Assembly (NCBI GenBank): GCA_015523605.1
Contig: WAKC01000001.1
Span: 2,669 to 66,668 of the forward strand
Source of the DNA: Candidatus Geothermarchaeota archaeon
GTDB lineage: Archaea > Thermoproteota > Nitrososphaeria > Geothermarchaeales > JDFR-13
DNA: 64,000 nt
Direction: 5' to 3'
Shown: positions 10,139-18,293 of the stretch, piece by piece
How positions within the stretch are numbered: the stretch's first letter is position 1
Layout: every line of letters starts with the position of its first letter
Notes under the pieces: generated by a model
Told to the model about the DNA's origin: nothing
Seen by the model: the letters and a program-made list of their open reading frames with translations, nothing else
Database searches by the model: none
Translations under genes and position numbers: made by a program

Positions 10139-10315
10139 GTTAACACCCCATCCAATATAAAATAATAAATTATACAATTCCCACACTCAATATTAAGAAT
10201 TACCATATACAACATACATACCCTGCCCTCTTGTATATAGGCTGTATCTATAGAGATAGGATTTTATATAGGGAGATCCCCTCAATAATATTGGAAAGAA
10301 AATATTATTTTATGT

Positions 10316-10870
10316 ATGACTAGTTCTGGGGATAACCTTAATAAGGCGGGATACCTCCTAATCATCGGTTCACTACAGTTTATAATTCTATGGAAGATAG
10401 CAGAGTTTATAAGACCTGGTTACAGCGTAGCAGAAGACGTCATAAGCGCGTTAGGAGTCGGGGAGAACAGCTTCATATTCAATGGTTCAGTAGCCTTATT
10501 AGGCCTAATGGGAATCGCCGCAGCATACCTACTCAAAGATTACGATAAAATATTCTCCGCCCTACTAGGCCTTTCAAGCATCGGAGCCCTCGGAGTAGGT
10601 ATATTCCCAATGGATATACCAATACCACATCTAATATCCGCACTCCTAGCATTCCTCTTCTCAGGATTAGCCGCGATATACAGCTACAAACTTGAGAAGA
10701 CCAACCTAAAATACCTATGGTTGATACTTGGTATAATAACACTAGCGGCTCTAATCCTCTTCATGACCGATAACTACATGGGACTAGGTAGGGGTGGAAT
10801 GGAACGTCTAATAGTATATCCAGCCCTCGCATGGCTAATGATGTATGGAAGGGGACTCATAACCAGATAA
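10316..10870 (+). CDS. DUF998-like integral membrane protein
   Basis: 184 aa with about 6 TM segments. RPGYSVAEDVISALG resembles the DUF998 signature. Confidence 0.5.
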   Translation: MTSSGDNLNKAGYLLIIGSLQFIILWKIAEFIRPGYSVAEDVISALGVGENSFIFNGSVALLGLMGIAAAYLLKDYDKIFSALLGLSSIGALGVGIFPMDIPIPHLISALLAFLFSGLAAIYSYKLEKTNLKYLWLILGIITLAALILFMTDNYMGLGRGGMERLIVYPALAWLMMYGRGLITR

Positions 10871-10882
10871 CCCATACCCCCA

Positions 10883-10888
10883 TTTTTT
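10883..10888 (+). terminator. Oligo-T tract (T6) after the DUF998 gene
   Basis: T6 lies 13 nt after the stop at 10868-10870. Confidence 0.35.
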
Positions 10889-10917
10889 ATAAAACAGGCA
10901 TCCCTAGAATTAGAAAT

Positions 10918-12555
10918 CTATTTGAAGACTTCACCACGTCTAGCCAAGACATAAGAAGATCTTATAAAGATAGAGGCCATTACAACCGAGATAATAAGTG
11001 AAATGATAACCAGATTCTGATCTATAAAGGCCCTTGACAATGTAATCCTTATAGACTCTACAAGAGATAGTAGAACCAACAGTGCAACAGCAAGTTCAAA
11101 TATGACCGGAAGGACTATACCTCTCTTCATAGTCTTTAACATCCTCTTTACAAACCTCCGATAGGTAAAGAATATAGTAACTATGACGATGGATAACTGG
11201 AAACTAAATATAACAGCAGATTCAAATGGCCTGGAGACTAGATAGAGGAGGCCAGCCGATAAATAGGCGGTAGCAGTCAAAAGGAGTATACGATATATAT
11301 CCTTAACGGTCTCACCCTCCATCCAGAGATACTCAAAATAAGTTCTGACCTCATTATTTATCTCGACCAACCTGTTAAATACAGAGTCAGGGATAGTCCG
11401 TAGAAACACTGTGGATATACTATCTATATTCCTAGCTACGTAAGAGACTATCGTCAGGTTAAATGCATAGCCAAACAATGTGACATAGAAGGCCCAAGGC
11501 TCTATAACACCCTGAGTTGCAAGGCCACCCAATACGATTAGACCGAACTCACCTGAATTGGCGAGTGTTAGTGAGAGGAGTATGGAGGAGTTCATCTCAA
11601 TCCCAGACAAGTTTGTTGAGAGATATAGGATACCGACCCTCAAGATATACGAGGCTAGACCCGCAACGGCACCATATAAGATATAGGTCAGGAATTGATC
11701 GAAAGCAATTGATACATCGAGGAAGTATGGGAGGGATATGACATATCCCATCAAGGCCAGATACATATATGAATGCATCCAAAGGTTGAGATCCTCATCC
11801 ACCACGTAATAACTTAGGAAGATCCCACCTAGAAAAACTACTAAAGCCTCTGGAAGATTTAGATTCTCACTAACCAGGATAAGTATTAAAATATAGAGGA
11901 TAGCCACTAGAGATTTAGCTTCTGGATGCCTCACCATGCCAATCATGGAGGCGAACGGCTTAGAAAAGACGAATAGGATGAGAACCACAACGACAGTCAA
12001 CATTATAAGCCTGAGGAGCTCCGCCTCCAATTGATAACCGATTTGAAAGGTGTAGAATCCTAGGGCCAAGAGGAAGACGGCCACCGAATCCTCCAATACC
12101 GAGATTACAATACCATATTTCCTAGTCTCCTCGTCATGCCCCACAGCCAACGCGAAAGCCTCATTAGATGCTACCGATAATGCCAAGAGAATATAGGATA
12201 TAGACCTTGAGATATACCTATAAAGTATGTATAAGATGGGAAAGAGGAGGACATACTCAAAGAATATTGTTAATATAAGGTTGAATTTATGTGTATTCAG
12301 AAACTCCATATCAACTTCTAAGCCGGCTGTAAACACTATAAGTGCAGCAGCCATAGGTGAAAAAGCAACTAGAGGAGGATATAATTCAAATCCGAGGAAT
12401 CTCGTAATCAAGGACCCAAACATCAACCCGGGAAGAATTATCACAGCCCCCAATACACCATATATAAAGCCAAATACTGCTATAAGCGCCAACGATAGAA
12501 ATTCTAGTATTATCTCACCACTGGCCATACCCAAGAGAAAAGATAGGTAGAACAA
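10918..12555 (-). CDS. Cation:proton antiporter-like membrane protein (CPA family) with an extra C-terminal membrane domain
   Basis: 545 aa and highly hydrophobic. TAGLEVD and VISVLEDSVAVFLLAL resemble Na+/H+ exchanger family motifs. The true start may be the internal ATG (MASGEI). Confidence 0.5.
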   Translation of the reverse strand: MFYLSFLLGMASGEIILEFLSLALIAVFGFIYGVLGAVIILPGLMFGSLITRFLGFELYPPLVAFSPMAAALIVFTAGLEVDMEFLNTHKFNLILTIFFEYVLLFPILYILYRYISRSISYILLALSVASNEAFALAVGHDEETRKYGIVISVLEDSVAVFLLALGFYTFQIGYQLEAELLRLIMLTVVVVLILFVFSKPFASMIGMVRHPEAKSLVAILYILILILVSENLNLPEALVVFLGGIFLSYYVVDEDLNLWMHSYMYLALMGYVISLPYFLDVSIAFDQFLTYILYGAVAGLASYILRVGILYLSTNLSGIEMNSSILLSLTLANSGEFGLIVLGGLATQGVIEPWAFYVTLFGYAFNLTIVSYVARNIDSISTVFLRTIPDSVFNRLVEINNEVRTYFEYLWMEGETVKDIYRILLLTATAYLSAGLLYLVSRPFESAVIFSFQLSIVIVTIFFTYRRFVKRMLKTMKRGIVLPVIFELAVALLVLLSLVESIRITLSRAFIDQNLVIISLIISVVMASIFIRSSYVLARRGEVFK

Positions 12556-12616
12556 TATCTAATAATATGGTAAGTCCATTGGATAAAGATAAAAAGATAC
12601 AGTATTTTGATTCAAT

Positions 12617-12623
12617 AAAAAAA
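12617..12623 (-). terminator. Oligo-T tract (T7 on the minus strand) about 30 nt after the stop of the Met-rich gene
   Basis: A7 on the plus strand, so T7 on the coding strand. Confidence 0.4.
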
Positions 12624-12652
12624 TGAAGAAGGGTATATATGGGGATTATCCA

Positions 12653-13090
12653 CTAATGACCTGCTTCACCATTGGTTGAGTTTCCCATATATTGATGCAT
12701 CATATTCATACATTCCTGATGCATTTGATCCATATCCATGTTCATATGCATATCCATGCCATTCATACCCATCATATGTTGCTGCATCTGAGCCATATCC
12801 ATACCGTTCATCATTGGACAGTTCATAGCGCCTGACATCATGCCTCCACCCATCATACCGTTACCCATCATCCCATTGGCCATCATACCGCCGTTCATCA
12901 TTCCACCGCCCATGCCCCCCATCATTCCACCAGGCATCATGCCATTACCCATCATGCCACCAGCCATAGGCTGAGTAGACATTCCTAGTATATTCCATCC
13001 CATCATGTTACCTGGAAAAGCCGCTGCGATTCCGAATCCCAGCACCAGTAGACCGATCAATCCTATCAAAAGATATCCTAGACCTTTCAT
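12653..13090 (-). CDS. Membrane-anchored, extremely methionine/glycine-rich protein (41 Met in 145 aa); putative extracytoplasmic soft-metal (Cu/Ag) binding or redox-buffer protein
   Basis: Uninterrupted 145-aa ORF with one N-terminal hydrophobic anchor (GYLLIGLIGLLVLGFGIAAAF). This is followed by GGMM/NGMM repeats and MDMHMNMDMDQMH. It has its own TATA-like element, an SD-like GGTGAT before the ATG, and a downstream oligo-T. Confidence 0.6.
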   Translation of the reverse strand: MKGLGYLLIGLIGLLVLGFGIAAAFPGNMMGWNILGMSTQPMAGGMMGNGMMPGGMMGGMGGGMMNGGMMANGMMGNGMMGGGMMSGAMNCPMMNGMDMAQMQQHMMGMNGMDMHMNMDMDQMHQECMNMMHQYMGNSTNGEAGH

Positions 13091-13116
13091 ATCACATCAC
13101 CATCCATACCTATGTG

Positions 13117-13165
13117 TTGAAACATTATTTAGAAGGTACTTGAAACGGTTGAAACGGTTTATAAA
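13117..13165 (-). promoter_or_regulatory. Promoter/operator region of the Met-rich gene: TATA-like TTTATAAA, tandem 9-bp repeat and a third half-site
   Basis: Read on the minus strand: TTTATAAA (13165-13158). Next comes CCGTTTCAA twice in tandem (13157-13140), and then GTTTCAA again (13123-13117). Confidence 0.45.
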
Positions 13166-13738
13166 CTAAGATGTTTCACCGTCTTCCGATGATCTCCCAC
13201 TATATTTCTCTAGAATCCAATCGGCAAGGATGACCTCATTAGTATTTCCAACCGGCTTCCTACTCACAATATTCCTCTCCTCAAGCCTCTCAATAACCCT
13301 ATGAATCTGAACCCTATTCATACCCAGTTCCCAGCGTAGATCCTTCTGGAGCATTTTACCGCCATTCTTGATTAGTAGATCAACAACCATCTTCTCATCT
13401 GGTCTCAAGACCTTAAATATATCAGGCTCTTCCTCAGTCTTCTCAACAGGATTCCTGATAGGCTTGGAAACTGTCTTCTCAGGACCTTTATAACTTTTTT
13501 GAGTAAGGAGATAGATGATACCCACGACTATGATTATGAAGAATACAAGGAAGAACCAGAATGGGATAAACATATTAAACATATGCATACCCATATCCAT
13601 CATACCATCCATCATTCCCCAATTCATGGGATTCGTTCTCCATCCCATGAATAACATCATAAACATTGGTATTCCTAATATGAGGAGGAATATAGCCAAT
13701 ATTATTATGAGAAAAGTCCTCATAAACTCTTCTGACAT
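13166..13738 (-). CDS. Membrane-embedded winged-helix transcription regulator with a Met-rich loop between two TM helices
   Basis: TM1 is FLIIILAIFLLILGIPMF. The loop is MGWRTNPMNWGMMDGMMDMGMHMFNM. TM2 is FIPFWFFLVFFIIIVVGIIYLL. These are followed by a Lys-rich linker and a wHTH (LRPDEKMVVDLLIKNGGKMLQKDLRWELGMNRVQIHRVIERLEERNIVSRKPVGNTNEVIL). Start taken at the ATG at 13738; the longest ORF reaches 13804. Confidence 0.65.
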   Translation of the reverse strand: MSEEFMRTFLIIILAIFLLILGIPMFMMLFMGWRTNPMNWGMMDGMMDMGMHMFNMFIPFWFFLVFFIIIVVGIIYLLTQKSYKGPEKTVSKPIRNPVEKTEEEPDIFKVLRPDEKMVVDLLIKNGGKMLQKDLRWELGMNRVQIHRVIERLEERNIVSRKPVGNTNEVILADWILEKYSGRSSEDGETS

Positions 13739-14154
13739 ACCCAAATCCCAATAGATAGATAGAGACAAAGGGAAATAAATGATATGACTATATAATTTTT
13801 CCAATAGATGTATATCTGAAACCCGGCGGGAGAAAATCTATTCTGTTAACCAATCCAATCATCTCCAACCATCTAATAACCAATTCAAAGCGTTACGAGA
13901 AGTAGCAAGGGTTTTAATATGATAGGTTTTAGAGATGGAAAACACTAATTCCTGTACAATGGTGTAACAATAACTTTATAATAGGAGAAGGGTAAATAGA
14001 TATCCCTTTTATATATAAATCTAATAATATGGAAGAATTAATCCTCTGTCAAAAACAGTTAGAAATGATTTATAAGTAATTTTATGTATTGATGTATTGT
14101 AACCGATTAATAGCTAGTCTCACGAGGTTGAGATCTTGCATATTAGTGGAAGAA

Positions 14155-14556
14155 ATGAGGAGGGAAAAGGGTATTCATATACTATTGGATATGGAGGGCG
14201 TAGACCCAGCAATCCTAGATGATTCTCTATACCTCAACAATCTCATAGACAAGGTTGTCAAGGAGTCGGGGCTTAAATCCTTCGGAACATTATACCACAA
14301 GTTTATCCCCCAGGGATTTACATCAGTGACGCTCCTCTCGGCAAGCCACATCTCTATCCATACATGGCCAGAATATGGATATATAGCTGCAGACATATTC
14401 GCATGTGAGGAGCCTGAAAAAGCGATAAAGGCTGCTGATATCCTGATAAGGGAGCTCAAACCTAAGAAAGTGACAAAGACTGTAAGGAGAAGGGGTTATG
14501 TATTCACGGGATATATAACAGCTGATAGAGATGGAGTATCATATAGAGAAGGTTAG
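14155..14556 (+). CDS. Pyruvoyl-dependent S-adenosylmethionine decarboxylase-family proenzyme (SpeH type, or the crenarchaeal arginine-decarboxylase paralogue)
   Basis: SASHISIHTWPEYGYIAADIFACEE matches the class 1 AdoMetDC self-cleavage/active-site block. Start taken at the ATG at 14155. Overlaps the spermidine synthase gene. Confidence 0.75.
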   Translation: MRREKGIHILLDMEGVDPAILDDSLYLNNLIDKVVKESGLKSFGTLYHKFIPQGFTSVTLLSASHISIHTWPEYGYIAADIFACEEPEKAIKAADILIRELKPKKVTKTVRRRGYVFTGYITADRDGVSYREG

Positions 14557-15316
14557 ACTAAAAGAAGGAGAGATTGAGATCAGATATCCCATAACCAAGA
14601 TATTATATAGGGGTAGGAGTAAATACCAGAAGATAGAAGTGGTTGAGTCAATATTCGGTAAAATGTTGATACTAGACGGAGTCATCCAACTGACCACCTA
14701 CGATGAAGAAATATATCATAAAGGCCTTGTTACACCCACATATCAGAAGAGATACAGGAAAATTCTTATTCTAGGTGGTGGTGACGGAGGAGCGGCCAAG
14801 CAACTAATAAACCTTAACCCCAGCCTAGAGATAGATGTGGTTGATATAGACCCAATGGTAACCAAGATAGTCAGTGAATACATCCCAGAAGTTATCAACA
14901 ACATATTCGACCATGAAAATGTAAGATTGATAAATCAAGATGCATTCGAATATGTCAAGAAATATAATGGAATATATGACATGATTATCGGCGACCTGAC
15001 CGACATTAGATACGAGGAGGAAGAGGGGAGTGAGGTAAACGCATTATACAGCACAGAATATCTTAAAGATCTAAAGAGGATTTTGAATAGAGAGGGAGTC
15101 ATAACCTACCATGTAGGGGGTCTAAACATGGATAGAGAACATATATTAACTGTCTATAAGACTTTTGAGAAGGTATTTAACCATGTAAAGGTATATGGAG
15201 TTCATATACCCAGCTTCCTAGATACATGGTGCTACATAACAGGCTCAGATAGACCTGTAAAAATTAGTAGGAGATACGTCCCAGTATCAGATGTATCAAG
15301 ACTACTCGAATTATAA
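14531..15316 (+). CDS. speE: Spermidine synthase / aminopropyltransferase
   Basis: YQKIEVVES..GKMLILDG, ILILGGGDGGAAKQL, VDIDP and IGDLTD motifs. Confidence 0.8.
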   Translation: MEYHIEKVRLKEGEIEIRYPITKILYRGRSKYQKIEVVESIFGKMLILDGVIQLTTYDEEIYHKGLVTPTYQKRYRKILILGGGDGGAAKQLINLNPSLEIDVVDIDPMVTKIVSEYIPEVINNIFDHENVRLINQDAFEYVKKYNGIYDMIIGDLTDIRYEEEEGSEVNALYSTEYLKDLKRILNREGVITYHVGGLNMDREHILTVYKTFEKVFNHVKVYGVHIPSFLDTWCYITGSDRPVKISRRYVPVSDVSRLLEL

Positions 15317-15322
15317 CCCCCA

Positions 15323-16447
15323 TTACTCAATAATCTCGATATACCATGTAGGGTGGATCTCACTCCAAGATCCATGATCAGTATCCACAACCCAGACACC
15401 AACTATTCTAACCCTGTCACCCTTCTCAGGAACTATAACTACATCTTGATCATCAGGTACAATCTCAACATGTATAGCTCCCTTCCTCAATATCCAGGAG
15501 CCAATCGATAGCATATGTTCATACTCCGGATCCAACCTAACATCGAAGACTATATCCCCATCCTCCACCCTATTAATCTCAGATACAACTACACCCTCTA
15601 CAGTTACACAGGTCTCCAGAATCCTGAGCCTCATAGGGTCGTAAGTAGCTATAAATACATTACCCTCCCTACAATAGGGACCTTCAACCCTCTGTAGCCA
15701 CTGCTCCCCAACCCACGATTCATATTTATATGGATATAAGGCGATTTCAACGTTATAAGCGAGATAAGGCATCGAGATGGCTCCAGCACCTGCCAAGAGT
15801 ATAAAGGATAGAGCCACAAACTGTTTATACAACCTACCACTTCTAAGCATATACAAGACAAGTAGAAATGCTAATACACCGATGTTTAAAACCGCTGCAT
15901 AGAAATACGCCGCCGAAAAATAGTATATAACCATATAAATAAGTGGAACTACAGCCCCAAAAGTGTCTCCCTCCCTATATCTAGTATACGATAGATATAT
16001 GAATGGTAGATATAATGCAGAGAAAATGCCTAGTCCAACCTCAATAGCGTCTCTACCATAGTATAGGAGGCCGAGAGATAGAGAAATAAGGTTATCAAGT
16101 ATAACAATACCTAGTATGACAGTCATAAACCTCTTAATATAACCCTTCTCAATTCCAAATGCCAATATAAAGAGTAAGAGACTCCTAAGGATTAGAGATA
16201 AGACCGCAACTATAACGAATGTAGACCCAGTATGGATCAATATAGCTGAGCCTATAAGATGAGCTAGGAGGAAGAGGGCGGCTCCCTTAAGAGGACGAGT
16301 AAACAATAGAGAGATCATCATCGCAGGGATTATAAGACCATAACCCACTAGGATATTAGGGACGTTAATCAAGAGTGTAACACTGAATAGACTAAACAGA
16401 AATATAGATACATCCTTAAGTCGATGACCAATATGGACATACATCAT
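15323..16447 (-). CDS. Hypothetical polytopic membrane protein with a C-terminal soluble beta-rich domain
   Basis: About 7 TM segments followed by a roughly 140-aa domain ending GDRVRIVGVWVVDTDHGSWSEIHPTWYIEIIE. I cannot name a family. Confidence 0.5.
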   Translation of the reverse strand: MMYVHIGHRLKDVSIFLFSLFSVTLLINVPNILVGYGLIIPAMMISLLFTRPLKGAALFLLAHLIGSAILIHTGSTFVIVAVLSLILRSLLLFILAFGIEKGYIKRFMTVILGIVILDNLISLSLGLLYYGRDAIEVGLGIFSALYLPFIYLSYTRYREGDTFGAVVPLIYMVIYYFSAAYFYAAVLNIGVLAFLLVLYMLRSGRLYKQFVALSFILLAGAGAISMPYLAYNVEIALYPYKYESWVGEQWLQRVEGPYCREGNVFIATYDPMRLRILETCVTVEGVVVSEINRVEDGDIVFDVRLDPEYEHMLSIGSWILRKGAIHVEIVPDDQDVVIVPEKGDRVRIVGVWVVDTDHGSWSEIHPTWYIEIIE

Positions 16448-16612
16448 ATAAAAGTTTTGAAGTATTAAAAGTTAAATCATATATGAAAATCAATACATGA
16501 ACCTAACCCTAGAAAGAAACGAGAACCCGATAAATATTTTCTGGAGATGACTATATCAATACTTGTTAGAAAGAATCTAATATCCAAATTTTGGGTATAC
16601 AGGTGACAAGTC

Positions 16613-17251
16613 TTGGATCTAACAGTCATCGAGATAACATTGAGAAGCCTCTTCGTCTCAGGAGGGGCAACTGTATTAGCATCGATATGGTCCATACCAT
16701 TAGGTATAATACTAAGTATATCCACAAATAAAGCCTCGAGAATAGCCCTGTCCATAGCAAATATGATGGTGGGCATACCCACCGTCCTAATAGGCCTCCT
16801 ACTATACATGATACTATCTAAAAGCGGGCCACTAGGCTTCCTAAACCTACTCTACACACCGATGGCAATGATGATTGGTCAAGCAGTCCTCATCACACCC
16901 CTAGTAATAAGCTTCATATATGAAGTAGTATCTGGCGAGGCCAGGGAACTAATCGAGATGCTTAAAATCTATGGAGCGAGCAAGATGCAGATGGTCGAGA
17001 CGATAGCCAATGAAGCCCGCGACAGGGTAATAGGTACAGCTATAATAGGGTTTCAAAGGGCTATCGGAGAATTGGGAATCGCGTTAATGCTAGGTGGAAA
17101 TATAAAAGGCTTGACAAGGGTATTTACAACCGCCATAGCCTTAGAAGTCCAGAAGGGCGAGTTCGAATTAGCCATACAGCTTGGTATAATACTCCTAGTT
17201 ATAGACCTACTACTCATAACAATAATAAGGCTTAAGGGGTGGATGAAGTGA
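16613..17251 (+). CDS. ABC transporter permease, TupB-like (tungstate/oxyanion type)
   Basis: TTG start; an in-frame TGA lies immediately upstream. GELGIALMLGGNIKGLTRVFTTAIALEVQKGEFELA resembles the TupB-family C-terminal block. Confidence 0.6.
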   Translation: MDLTVIEITLRSLFVSGGATVLASIWSIPLGIILSISTNKASRIALSIANMMVGIPTVLIGLLLYMILSKSGPLGFLNLLYTPMAMMIGQAVLITPLVISFIYEVVSGEARELIEMLKIYGASKMQMVETIANEARDRVIGTAIIGFQRAIGELGIALMLGGNIKGLTRVFTTAIALEVQKGEFELAIQLGIILLVIDLLLITIIRLKGWMK

Positions 17252-17883
17252 TTGAAGTAAGGAGTGTATCATTCAAATATGATAAGAAGAACTATATACT
17301 TTATAATATAGACCTGACATTCGATACAGGGCTACACCTTCTAAAGGGGCCAAATGGCTCGGGAAAGACAACCCTCTGTAAGATAATCTCCGGAATACTC
17401 CCGCCAACCGAGGGTAGGATATATATAGAAGGTGTGGATATATATGGTGAAGCTGGAGACGCCATCCTAGACAAAGTTATATTCGTCCACGACAAACCAA
17501 TAGTCCTCAATAGATCTGTATATGAAAACATAATATTCGGAGGTTTAATACAGAAGGGAAGACCTATTGACGCCAACTACCTAATCAAGAAATTCAGACT
17601 AGAAGACTTACTCGAGAAGAATGCAAAAGAATTATCAGCTGGGTATAAACAATTGGTCTCACTCCTAAGAGCATTCGCAGTAAAGCCTAAATACCTAATA
17701 CTTGATGAACCCATCTCAAATCTGGATGAAGAGTTTAGAGACCAAATACTGGAATACCTAATAAACTATTCAAAGGACAATACAGTAATTATAGCCACAC
17801 ACACTCCATACCTAGATGAGACGGCATCAACAATAACCTACTTAAACAACGGTAGGATAAAGAAGAGAATAGAAAGAAATTAA
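17239..17883 (+). CDS. ABC transporter ATP-binding protein
   Basis: Walker A GPNGSGKTT, signature LSAGYKQ, Walker B LILDEP. Overlaps the permease gene by 13 nt. Confidence 0.8.
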   Translation: MDEVIEVRSVSFKYDKKNYILYNIDLTFDTGLHLLKGPNGSGKTTLCKIISGILPPTEGRIYIEGVDIYGEAGDAILDKVIFVHDKPIVLNRSVYENIIFGGLIQKGRPIDANYLIKKFRLEDLLEKNAKELSAGYKQLVSLLRAFAVKPKYLILDEPISNLDEEFRDQILEYLINYSKDNTVIIATHTPYLDETASTITYLNNGRIKKRIERN

Positions 17884-18221
17884 CCCTTACCTATGAAGGA
17901 TAGGACATGGCCATCCGGATCAACAATATCAACCTCGTATAAACCAGGGGAGATCTCAACCTTCTCTCCATAGCCAATCCCCCTAGACTCAAGGAAGCCT
18001 AGAAAATCATTTATATCACCAACATCAAAAACAAGTTTAAAACCACTGGAGAAAACCTCTTCAGAAACATGTAACCCAAGTCTAACACCATACCCCGAGA
18101 CAACTACAAATGGCTCCTTAGAAGCCTCAAATATAGTCCTACCATCCTCAATCTGAAAACCCAAGAGATTCACATAGAACTCTAGAGATCTACCCATATC
18201 ATCAACAAATAACAAGACCAT
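17880..18221 (-). CDS. VOC (glyoxalase/bleomycin-resistance) family protein
   Basis: MVLLFVDDMGRSLEFYVNLLGF and a C-terminal DPDGHVLSF are typical VOC beta-alpha-beta-beta-beta module ends. Start taken at the ATG at 18221. Confidence 0.65.
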   Translation of the reverse strand: MVLLFVDDMGRSLEFYVNLLGFQIEDGRTIFEASKEPFVVVSGYGVRLGLHVSEEVFSSGFKLVFDVGDINDFLGFLESRGIGYGEKVEISPGLYEVDIVDPDGHVLSFIGKG

Positions 18222-18293
18222 ATCGAACTCCAAATAAACCACCAAAAGACTAAAACCAGCATCACAATATAAAACAATATTACCCAATGGCTT

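Noticed and set aside
12653-13090. Possibility that the 'Met-rich protein' is only the antisense shadow of a His-rich gene, since ATG repeats read as CAT repeats on the plus strand
   Set aside because: In the codon-aligned plus frame the His-rich reading is broken by TGA and TAG stops. The longest piece with a start is about 46 aa (MHHIHTFLMHLIH...), and the largest H-rich stretch has no start codon. The minus-strand ORF is uninterrupted and has an N-terminal anchor helix, a TATA-like box, an SD-like sequence and a downstream oligo-T.
16477-16809. 110-aa minus-strand ORF overlapping the start of the TupB-like permease
   Set aside because: It has no motifs. It overlaps the conserved N-terminal TM region of the permease and spans the divergent promoter region.
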